Part shown: piece by piece, positions 17,196-25,156 of the stretch
How the letters are laid out: the number at the start of each line of letters is the position of its first letter
Numbering within the stretch: the stretch's first letter is position 1
From: a virus
Lineage: Duplodnaviria > Caudoviricetes
IMG/VR virus record: IMGVR_UViG_3300030330_000138
Span: 1 to 25,596 of that record
Reading direction: 5' to 3' (one strand)
DNA length: 25,596 bases
Position numbers and translations under genes: made by a program
The notes under the pieces: generated by a model
What the model was told of the DNA's origin: nothing
Seen by the model: the letters and a program-made list of their open reading frames with translations, nothing else
Databases searched by the model: none

Positions 17196-17465
17196 CTAAA
17201 ACGGTAACCCACTATCATCAGCAGATTGCGTTTCAGTTTTCTTTTTCATCTTGCTTGGATCATTCCAAACAACATTAACATTCTTACCAAATTGATCAGG
17301 TTTATCTTTTTTAGATATTCTCAACCTAACAAATTTATTGCCTTTATAATCTTCTACAACATTAGGATTTTGCTTTATCTTATCAAGATTTAAAGTCACG
17401 TTGAAGAACTCTCCATACTGACCAGTTACGGTCTTACCACTACCCAAATATATTGTTTCACTCAT
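17196..17465 (-). CDS. Putative single-stranded DNA-binding protein
   Basis: Beta-rich 89 aa with acidic C-terminal 'DDSGLPF' tail; near the exonuclease. Confidence 0.55.
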   Translation of the reverse strand: MSETIYLGSGKTVTGQYGEFFNVTLNLDKIKQNPNVVEDYKGNKFVRLRISKKDKPDQFGKNVNVVWNDPSKMKKKTETQSADDSGLPF

Positions 17466-17470
17466 ATTAT

Positions 17471-17662
17471 TTATTTTAAAAGTTTATTATTCATATTATG
17501 TGCAACTTTACCGTTAGCACACCAATAACCAAAATGCGATGCAGTTTTAATTATATCACCTTCAGTTATATCTTCGCAGTTACCACCAGTCTTTAAATTC
17601 CAAAAGTCAATAGATGCCTTTAACGATGACTGTCTTATTATCTGATTCTGTGTGTCATTCAT
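17471..17662 (-). CDS. Hypothetical protein with I.RQSSLK motif
   Basis: ATG at 17662 overlaps the HTH stop (ATGA). Confidence 0.6.
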   Translation of the reverse strand: MNDTQNQIIRQSSLKASIDFWNLKTGGNCEDITEGDIIKTASHFGYWCANGKVAHNMNNKLLK

Positions 17663-17856
17663 AGTTCGCATATTAAGGATTTTATAAAACCGATTTTAAC
17701 CATAGATTCTAGTTCACTAACTTTTAGAGAACTAGGATCATTGAACTTATTATGAATTGTCATAGGCGTTACACCCATCTTTTTTGCTAGTGTTAACTTA
17801 GTCATACCAAGTTCTTTTAATCTATATTCTAGTTGTAATCTTTGCAACATAATCAC
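17659..17856 (-). CDS. XRE/Cro-like helix-turn-helix regulator
   Basis: 'LKELGMTKLTLAKKMGVTPMTI' HTH; first gene of the leftward arm. Confidence 0.75.
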   Translation of the reverse strand: MIMLQRLQLEYRLKELGMTKLTLAKKMGVTPMTIHNKFNDPSSLKVSELESMVKIGFIKSLICEL

Positions 17857-17960
17857 TAAGGTAACATAAAAATATTTATTTTACAATATTTCTTTTTATT
17901 ATAATATAAATTATTTAATATTGTTTCAGTAAGGAAGAAAACCCTTAATATATATATTTA

Positions 17961-17998
17961 TTATTTATTATACTCTTTAAAGAGAGTATAATAAATAA
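17961..17998. repeat. Perfect 16-bp inverted repeat in the divergent intergenic region
   Basis: TTATTTATTATACTCT-ttaaag-AGAGTATAATAAATAA. Confidence 0.8.
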
Positions 17999-18000
17999 AT

Positions 18001-18030
18001 TAGACATACTAATCTAATAGACATATTAAT
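18001..18030 (+). repeat. 13-nt direct repeat pair TAGACATAyTAAT
   Basis: Copies at 18001-18013 and 18018-18030, one mismatch. Confidence 0.6.
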
Positions 18031-18056
18031 AATAAAATAATAAAACTTTTTGAATT

Positions 18057-18389
18057 ATGAAAGAACAACATATGAAAAATCACGCAAAGGAGAAAATTAA
18101 AAGTGAGGCGATGGTTTCGTTAAAAGTTGAAGAGTTGATAACAGACTTTGAGACGGCAGAAGCTACCTTTAGATTTGCTGACATATCAAGCAAAAGAAGT
18201 AAATACAATAGAGATATTGATGAAGCGTTTTATAATCACGCTAAAAAGTACATAGAAAAATTATCTAAGTTATTGGTTCTTGTAAATGCAGGTGAAATGT
18301 ACCATTTATACCACTATAGACAAGCTATAATAAAACATAAAAAAGAAATCAATACAATCTATCAAAAGATAAAAGACATTCAATTATGA
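18057..18389 (+). CDS. Hypothetical helical protein, 110 aa
   Basis: ATGA-coupled to the helicase. Confidence 0.65.
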   Translation: MKEQHMKNHAKEKIKSEAMVSLKVEELITDFETAEATFRFADISSKRSKYNRDIDEAFYNHAKKYIEKLSKLLVLVNAGEMYHLYHYRQAIIKHKKEINTIYQKIKDIQL

Positions 18390-19339
18390 AGGGTAAACTA
18401 CAAATTGTTGATTTTGATGATGTCTTAAAACGAGATGATGATGCGAAAGAATGTAAAGAGGTTTACGTAAATGATGTTAGAGATAAGTTAGAAACATTTT
18501 TTAAAGATGGTTACGAGTTAGGACAACCATCTTACATTGATAAATTGAATGGTATATTCTCTTGGAGAAAAGGATTCTTATATTGTTTTAGTGGTTATCC
18601 ACAATCAGGTAAATCAGAGTTTATAAATTATGCAATGTTGTTAAGGGCAAAACATTACGATGATAGGATAGTAATGTATTCACCTGAAACTAATACTTAT
18701 GAGCTGATAACTAATCTAACAAGAGCATATATAGGTAAGAATGTTAATCCTGAATTTGATAATGTTTGTACCGAAGAAGACTACAATAAAGGTTTAGATT
18801 TTATCCAAGATCATTTTGTATTCTTAGAAAACCAAGAAGAACTACCTTCGGTTGCAGGGTTACTTAATACGTTTGAGAGACTATCAGGAAAAGGTTTCGG
18901 ATGTTATGTCATTGATCCTATGAACTGGTTAGTTGAATCAAATGTCGGTGAAACAAATCTTTATAATTATTTAAAGGTATCACTTACTAATTTAAAAATG
19001 TTTGCAAAGAACTTTGATAAAATAGTAAGCTATATAGAACATCCTAAAACACCTTCACCAGTAAAAGGTAAGATACCAAAGGCAACTGCATTTTCATTAG
19101 CAGGTGGCACGATGCACTTTAATAAAGTTGATTGTATGTCAATTCTACATAGGATGACAAAAGAAGATTTAGAAGATAAACTATCAAAGGGTGATTTATT
19201 AGCAAGACAATTAGCTAATCTTGATAATAATATTAACTTTGTTGAGTTTGAAACAGTTAAAATGAAATCACAAAGGTTGAATGGTAAGTTAGGCAGTCAG
19301 CTTTTAGAATATGATTTTATTACTGGTAGATTTAAATAA
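18386..19339 (+). CDS. SF4 replicative helicase (DnaB/T7 gp4/Twinkle-like), helicase domain only
   Basis: Walker A 'SGYPQSGKS', 'SPE', Walker B 'VIDP.N', 'HP.', 'SLAG...F.NK.D', 'K.K..R..GK.G...L.YD..TGRF'. Confidence 0.85.
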   Translation: MKGKLQIVDFDDVLKRDDDAKECKEVYVNDVRDKLETFFKDGYELGQPSYIDKLNGIFSWRKGFLYCFSGYPQSGKSEFINYAMLLRAKHYDDRIVMYSPETNTYELITNLTRAYIGKNVNPEFDNVCTEEDYNKGLDFIQDHFVFLENQEELPSVAGLLNTFERLSGKGFGCYVIDPMNWLVESNVGETNLYNYLKVSLTNLKMFAKNFDKIVSYIEHPKTPSPVKGKIPKATAFSLAGGTMHFNKVDCMSILHRMTKEDLEDKLSKGDLLARQLANLDNNINFVEFETVKMKSQRLNGKLGSQLLEYDFITGRFK

Positions 19340-19349
19340 ATAATTAATT

Positions 19350-19547
19350 ATGACAAAAGAACAAGCATTGCAATTAATAGTTCAGGTATGTGAGAAAGGA
19401 AATAAATCAGGTCTTTTTACATTATCTGAATCAAGTCTTGTATTACAAGCATTAGAACAATTTGGTGTTCAACCTCCAAAAGTAGAAGAATTAGAAAAAG
19501 ATGAAGTGGCAGAGGAGGTTACAGAAACAAAAGAAATTAAAGACTAA
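19350..19547 (+). CDS. Hypothetical protein, 65 aa
   Basis: 'ALQ...QV...G.K.G.F.L.ES' helical hairpin with acidic tail. Confidence 0.65.
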   Translation: MTKEQALQLIVQVCEKGNKSGLFTLSESSLVLQALEQFGVQPPKVEELEKDEVAEEVTETKEIKD

Positions 19548-19815
19548 ATATCTTTTTATTTCAGATCAAGATAATATACTAGGTGAATCATTAAATATTT
19601 GCGATACAGTAAGAAAATTATGGACTTACTATAAATGTGATTCACAAAGTATATTTATTGCGTTAGATTATAAAACAAAAACGCATCAAATAAGAGAAAA
19701 ATCATTATCACTTACTGATATTAATAATAATAAAACATACAAATATTTAAATAAAGTTATTACAAGAGATGAATTTATTTTACATTTAGAATGTGATAAC
19801 AAAAGGCAAGACTAA
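19501..19815 (+). CDS. Hypothetical protein
   Basis: Fills the operon; start uncertain (47-nt overlap with upstream ORF). Confidence 0.5.
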   Translation: MKWQRRLQKQKKLKTKYLFISDQDNILGESLNICDTVRKLWTYYKCDSQSIFIALDYKTKTHQIREKSLSLTDINNNKTYKYLNKVITRDEFILHLECDNKRQD

Positions 19816-20077
19816 AGTTTTAAGAGAAATAGAAACATTTATCTTGCGTTATAAAGAAAAAGCAAAAGAACATCAATATCATACAAACGATGATTTAAAA
19901 TGTTATAAGCGTATTTATGCACTTGCAGAGTTATTTCCAGTAAATGAAAAATATGAAAGAAAATTACCTGAAATAGAATGGCAGATAAAACAGCTTTGGT
20001 TGCTATATTATTACTTTAAACAGAGAATAGATGGTAAAAACTTAAAGTATAATCAAATCGTAATAAAATATTCTTAG
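19793..20077 (+). CDS. Hypothetical protein, 94 aa
   Basis: GTG start; ends just before terS. Confidence 0.55.
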   Translation: MITKGKTKVLREIETFILRYKEKAKEHQYHTNDDLKCYKRIYALAELFPVNEKYERKLPEIEWQIKQLWLLYYYFKQRIDGKNLKYNQIVIKYS

Positions 20078-20086
20078 CTTTGTATT

Positions 20087-20440
20087 ATGCCAACAAAAAC
20101 CAACATATTAAAAAACAACTTAATCAATGCTCTTGAAAAGCATTTAGGTGTTGTTACATCTGCTTGTAAAGAGGTAGGATGTAATAGATCAACATTCTAT
20201 AAGTATTATAATAATGATTCTAAATTTAAAGAAAAGGTAGATGAGCTTCAGAATGTAGCATTAGACTTTGTAGAATCAAAACTGTTTGAACAGATACAAA
20301 ATGATAATGCAACTTCAACAATATTTTACCTAAAAACTAAGGGCAAAAGCAGAGGTTTCATCGAACAACAAATACTCGAACATAAGGGTGGAATAGAAAG
20401 CAAACTTATTGAATGGAAGCCAGTAGAAAAGAAACAGTAG
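20087..20440 (+). CDS. terS: Terminase small subunit (HTH type)
   Basis: 'ALEK.LGVVT.AC..VG..RSTFY.Y...D..F', 'LDFVESKL...I', 'TIFYLKTKGK.RG'; directly before TerL. Confidence 0.82.
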   Translation: MPTKTNILKNNLINALEKHLGVVTSACKEVGCNRSTFYKYYNNDSKFKEKVDELQNVALDFVESKLFEQIQNDNATSTIFYLKTKGKSRGFIEQQILEHKGGIESKLIEWKPVEKKQ

Positions 20441-21597
20441 AATGTAACATCCAATTCTATCAGTTACTAAATTCAGATAAAAGAATAACTGTGATGCAGG
20501 GAGGAAGTAGATCAGGAAAGACATACGCAATAGTACAACATCTCATTTATCTATTAACCACAAGACAAAACAGATTGGTCATTACCATAGCAAGAAAAAC
20601 ATTACCTGCACTTAAAGGATCAGTATATAGAGACTTTATGGAAATTGCTGATAAGGTTGGTATCACATACTTTGCAGAAATCAATAAAGCAGAAATGACA
20701 TTTAAGTATAAGAATCATCTTGTAGAGTTTATATCATTAGATAATGAAATGAAAGTAAGAGGTAGGAAACGAACACATTGCTTCTTAAATGAAGCTAATG
20801 AGTTCTACCTAGAAGATTTTAACCAGTTATCACTAAGAACAACCGAAAAGATGATACTTGATTTTAACCCTTCTGATGTGATTCATTGGATATATTCTGA
20901 CATCTGCACAAGAGATGATTGCGATACTTATATTACCACATTTGAAGATAATGCTTTTATTGATCCTGAAATAAAAAAAGAAATACTAAGAATGAAAGAA
21001 AGAGATGCAGACAGATGGAGGGTTTACGGTTTAGGTGAAAGAGCAACATTTAAAGAAGGACAAATATTTGATAATTGGAAATGGATTGATTACAAAGATT
21101 TTATTGATAAAGATAGTTCAGAGGTTGCGTATGGTCTTGATTGGGGTTATAGCAATGATGAGACTTCAATCGTAGAAGTAAGAAGAAAGAATGATAGATT
21201 GTTTGTACACGAATTATTATATAAAAAAGGTTTGACAAATCAAGACATTTATAATGAAATAAATAATTTAGGATTAGAAGAAGAATTATTTATTTGCGAT
21301 AGTGCAGAACCAAAATCACTTGAAGATATGAAAAGATTAGGATTGTACTGTAAACCATCTATTAAGGGTGCAGGTTCTGTAATGAATGGTATTCAGATCA
21401 TAAAAGAATACGATGTATTTGCTTCTAAGCAAAGCAAAAACCTGCTTCAAGAGTATCAGTATTATATATGGCAATCAAATAAAGACGGTCAAACTATTAA
21501 CAAAATAAAACAAAATGGTATGGATCACCTAATGGATGCGTTCAGATATGCAGTAACAACTGGACTAGCAAGAGAGAGTACCCTTATCATTGTTTAA
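20413..21597 (+). CDS. terL: Terminase large subunit (PBSX family)
   Basis: 'QGGSRSGKT' Walker A, 'FLNEANE' Walker B, 'DFNP', 'YGLDWGY..D', 'DSAEP', 'DHLMDA.RY'. Confidence 0.95.
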   Translation: MEASRKETVECNIQFYQLLNSDKRITVMQGGSRSGKTYAIVQHLIYLLTTRQNRLVITIARKTLPALKGSVYRDFMEIADKVGITYFAEINKAEMTFKYKNHLVEFISLDNEMKVRGRKRTHCFLNEANEFYLEDFNQLSLRTTEKMILDFNPSDVIHWIYSDICTRDDCDTYITTFEDNAFIDPEIKKEILRMKERDADRWRVYGLGERATFKEGQIFDNWKWIDYKDFIDKDSSEVAYGLDWGYSNDETSIVEVRRKNDRLFVHELLYKKGLTNQDIYNEINNLGLEEELFICDSAEPKSLEDMKRLGLYCKPSIKGAGSVMNGIQIIKEYDVFASKQSKNLLQEYQYYIWQSNKDGQTINKIKQNGMDHLMDAFRYAVTTGLARESTLIIV

Positions 21598-21607
21598 TAA
21601 TTTTTTG

Positions 21608-21625
21608 TATTTTTGAAAATAAATT
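21608..21625 (+). promoter_or_regulatory. Late promoter candidate TATTTTTGAAAATAAATT
   Basis: Contains TAnnTTTG; identical 18-mer at 25132-25149. Confidence 0.6.
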
Positions 21626-21631
21626 CTATAT

Positions 21632-24106
21632 ATGGCAAGTTTTCTTCAAAGAATCAGGAATGGTTTAAAAGCATTTGGTAATCAACAGACCAATGAACAA
21701 TATAATAGATTCATTTATAATGTACTTGGAAATAATAAAATAACTAATTCTCAATACAATGATGAATTTATAGATAAAGGATACAAATTCAATCCAACCA
21801 TTTATTCACTAATTCAACTAATATCTAAGTCTGCAATAACTGTTCCATATAAGATATTTAAAAAAGTAGATGCTAGTGCAATAAAAGAATATAAATCATT
21901 AACATCAAACGGACTAAATGAAGATTCAGTATTTAGGGCAAAGTTGATGAGAAAACATATTTTAGAAGAAGTTGAGCATACTGCATTAGCGAAACTTCTT
22001 GAAAGACCAAACCCTGCACAATCATTTTCTGTTTTCTTGCAAGAGTTAATATCGTTTGGTAAACTTACTGGCAACAGATTTATTTATGGTATTGCACCTG
22101 AAAATGGAGAAAACAAAGGTGTATATTCACAATTATATAATCTACCTGCACACCTCATAGAGATAAAGTCTGACGGTATCTTCAAACCAGTATCAAAATA
22201 TACAATGATGTATAATGATAGTAAATATGAATTATCTGCTGAAGAAGTATTGCACATTGCAGATTTCAATCCTGACTATCAGGGTGATGGTACACATCTA
22301 TATGGTCAATCACCGATAGAGGCAGGTATGAGAGTTCTTACTACGGCAAATGAAGCTGTAGAAACTAATCTTAAATTCTTACATAATCAATCGGCAAGAG
22401 GTATGTTATCACCTGATGGAGACGAACAAATTACACCAACACAAGCACAACAATTAAAAGATGCACTAAGAAGAAATTATCAAGGAAGCAAGTCTGCAAA
22501 TGATATTATGATTACTGGTAAGAAGTTTTCGTGGACAAACTTTGGTTTATCTACTTCTGACTTGCAATTATTAGAATCATATAATGCAACAATAAAAGAT
22601 TTGTGTAATCTGTATGGCGTACCAGTACAATTATTAAATAATACAGAATCTACAACATACGATAATTATAGGATAGCTAGAAAGGTATTGTTTACTAATG
22701 CAATCATTCCTGAACTTAATAAGATCAGAGATGAGTTTAATAGATGGTTAGTTCCAATGTATGGTGAAGATTTATTCTTTGACTTTGATTATAGTGCTAT
22801 ACCTGAACTTATGCCTGAACAACAACAACTTGTTGATAATTTATCTAAAAGTTATTGGTTAAGTTCTAATGAAAAAAGGGAAGCTAGTGGATACGGTATT
22901 GATGAAGACAATCCTATTATGAACGAATACTTAGTGCCTAGTCAATTTGTCCCAATATCTGATTTAGATTTAGGTATATCTGAAGATGTATCTTTCCCAG
23001 TACAAGAGGCAGAGGAAGAAGAAGATGTAATGACAGATGATGATATGGAAGATATGATGCACGATGCCGAAGAAAAACAAGAGATGACTGCAAGGTTAAG
23101 AACTGCCTTAGAAAATAAAGTTGAAGAACACAATGAAAAGGTAGGTGATGATAAGACAAAAAGAACTACTGTAAGAACATTATTCCAAGTATATAGAAGG
23201 GGTGTAGGTGCATATAGAAACAATCCTGCATCTGTACGACCAAACGTAAGAAACGAAGACCAATGGGCGATGGGAAGAATAAATTCATTTATTTATGCAC
23301 TTAGAAATGGTCGATTTAGAAGTGGTAAACACGATACAGACTTATTACCTGAAGGTCATCCAATGTCTAGTAAAGATGATAAAGCATTAGCTGATGAAGT
23401 ATATGATACAAGGGTAGAGGCACAAGAGAGAGCAGAAGCGATTGGTTGTTCTACAACACACACCCACGAATCAGAAGATGGAATGGTATATATGCCTTGT
23501 GCAAATATGGAAGAACTACAAGAAACATTAAATTCATATAAAAGTGAAAATAAAGAATTAGTAAGGGGTATGACTGATGTATTTACAACACAAGAAGAAG
23601 CAGAGGCAAGAGCAGAAGAACTTGGTGGTAGTGGTTCTCATTCTCATACTTGGGATGGTGATGAGGTATTTATGCCATTTGAAACACACGAAGAATATAA
23701 CGAAGCAGTAGGAAATAAAGATAAAGAAGAAGAAGAAGAAGAATATAAACAAGAAACTTATGACGATTATCCTAAATCTGTAAGAGAGAACGCTAAGAAA
23801 GCACAAGAAATAAATGAATCTTTCAATAATCCTTGTGCAACCTTAGTTGGAAAAAACAGAGCGAATGATCTTATTGCAGGGCGTGGTTTGTCATTGGAAA
23901 TTGTTAAAAAGACATTTGCATATCTATCAAGAGCTTACGAATATGTTACTGGTGACTACATAGATGAAAAGGATAAACCAATTTGTGGTGATATATCTTA
24001 CTCATTATGGGGTGGTGATAACAAAGTATCTAGGGTTGAAGATGATCCTATGTACAAATGGTGTAAGAGGATTTTAGATAAAGCAGAAGAAGATGCCACT
24101 ACCTAA
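21632..24106 (+). CDS. Portal protein (HK97-like) with ~380-aa multi-domain C-terminal extension
   Basis: 'LL..PNP.QS', 'GN', 'EVLHI..FNP....YGQSP', 'IC..YGVP..LL', 'NE.RE..GY' in the first ~445 aa; additional domains follow. Confidence 0.92.
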   Translation: MASFLQRIRNGLKAFGNQQTNEQYNRFIYNVLGNNKITNSQYNDEFIDKGYKFNPTIYSLIQLISKSAITVPYKIFKKVDASAIKEYKSLTSNGLNEDSVFRAKLMRKHILEEVEHTALAKLLERPNPAQSFSVFLQELISFGKLTGNRFIYGIAPENGENKGVYSQLYNLPAHLIEIKSDGIFKPVSKYTMMYNDSKYELSAEEVLHIADFNPDYQGDGTHLYGQSPIEAGMRVLTTANEAVETNLKFLHNQSARGMLSPDGDEQITPTQAQQLKDALRRNYQGSKSANDIMITGKKFSWTNFGLSTSDLQLLESYNATIKDLCNLYGVPVQLLNNTESTTYDNYRIARKVLFTNAIIPELNKIRDEFNRWLVPMYGEDLFFDFDYSAIPELMPEQQQLVDNLSKSYWLSSNEKREASGYGIDEDNPIMNEYLVPSQFVPISDLDLGISEDVSFPVQEAEEEEDVMTDDDMEDMMHDAEEKQEMTARLRTALENKVEEHNEKVGDDKTKRTTVRTLFQVYRRGVGAYRNNPASVRPNVRNEDQWAMGRINSFIYALRNGRFRSGKHDTDLLPEGHPMSSKDDKALADEVYDTRVEAQERAEAIGCSTTHTHESEDGMVYMPCANMEELQETLNSYKSENKELVRGMTDVFTTQEEAEARAEELGGSGSHSHTWDGDEVFMPFETHEEYNEAVGNKDKEEEEEEYKQETYDDYPKSVRENAKKAQEINESFNNPCATLVGKNRANDLIAGRGLSLEIVKKTFAYLSRAYEYVTGDYIDEKDKPICGDISYSLWGGDNKVSRVEDDPMYKWCKRILDKAEEDATT

Positions 24107-25109
24107 ACCGAGAGCAGGAGAATCAAGCAATCAATTTGTTCAAAGATGTATGATTGATGATACATCTATGTCAGAATATCCTAACACACAACAACGATAT
24201 GCAGTATGCAGAAGTATATCTGCAAGAAAATCAATACAAATTAAGCAGAACAGAAGAAAGGTATCTACTGAATTTGAGAAACAAATTAGAATAGCACAAA
24301 AAAAGAATCTACCTATTGCATACCAATTCTATATTGTGGGATATGATAAAGCAGTTAAGATGTATGAATTAAACCCTACACCAACAAATCAAAACTTCAA
24401 TACATTATTTACAGAAAAAGAAGTTGTTGAAATGTACAAACAGATGTATAGACAAACTGGTTTACGATTTGCATATTGGTATAGAAAACATTTTAGATTA
24501 TTTGTAAATAAAATGTCTGAATTTGAATTTCAAAGATTATTAGATAGAATAGAAAGAGGCCAACAATTAACTGCACAAGAAAGAGCAAACTTAGAATCTA
24601 CAATTATAGAAGGTCTCGATAGATATGCTACGCAAAGAAGTAATTACTTAGCTACTGCCAAAGAAGTCACTTCTGTCAATGGTGTTGCACTACAAACACT
24701 TAAAAAGGTTATTAATGATTTAACTAAAAGTGAAGAGTTTATGGCAATGGGTTTAGAAGAAAGGGTAAGAGAAATATCTAAAAAATTAAGATTTAAAGCA
24801 AGGTGGATGGCAAGAAGAATCGTGCAAACAGAGACAACTGCTTCTGCGAACTTTGGTATTCAACTATCTGCATCAGATATATATGGTGATGATAACTTAG
24901 TTAAAGAATGGATTTCAGGAGGTAGGAATGTAAGGGATACTCACAGATCAGCAGACACTCAATATGGTAGAACTCCTATACCATCAAACGAACCATATCA
25001 AGTTGGTGGTTCATTATTGATGTTTCCATCTGATACATCTTTAGGTGCATTAGCTAAAGAAGTTGTGAACTGTAAATGTTTATCTGTTCCCTTCGTACAA
25101 GTAGACTAA
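24093..25109 (+). CDS. Head morphogenesis / minor head protein (Mu gpF / SPP1 gp7-like)
   Basis: 'RARW..RRI..TET..SAN.G', 'KEW', 'VRDTH', 'F/Y.VGG..LMFP.D', 'EVVNCKC'; N-terminal 'MPLPKP..GE...FV.RCM' domain. Confidence 0.85.
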   Translation: MPLPKPRAGESSNQFVQRCMIDDTSMSEYPNTQQRYAVCRSISARKSIQIKQNRRKVSTEFEKQIRIAQKKNLPIAYQFYIVGYDKAVKMYELNPTPTNQNFNTLFTEKEVVEMYKQMYRQTGLRFAYWYRKHFRLFVNKMSEFEFQRLLDRIERGQQLTAQERANLESTIIEGLDRYATQRSNYLATAKEVTSVNGVALQTLKKVINDLTKSEEFMAMGLEERVREISKKLRFKARWMARRIVQTETTASANFGIQLSASDIYGDDNLVKEWISGGRNVRDTHRSADTQYGRTPIPSNEPYQVGGSLLMFPSDTSLGALAKEVVNCKCLSVPFVQVD

Positions 25110-25131
25110 AACATTAGAAAAAAAATTGTAT

Positions 25132-25149
25132 TATTTTTGAAAATAAATT
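25132..25149 (+). promoter_or_regulatory. Late promoter candidate TATTTTTGAAAATAAATT
   Basis: Identical to 21608-21625; 7 nt before the protease ATG. Confidence 0.6.
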
Positions 25150-25156
25150 TAAGATT

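Noticed and set aside
23726-23743. (GAA)6 microsatellite; also TCACGATTT x2 at 6032-6049
   Set aside because: In-frame low-complexity coding sequence (poly-Glu; HDFHDF), with no evidence of phase variation
21814-23806. Antisense ORFs within the portal gene
   Set aside because: Shadow ORFs; the Phe/Ser runs simply mirror GAA/GAT-rich sense codons
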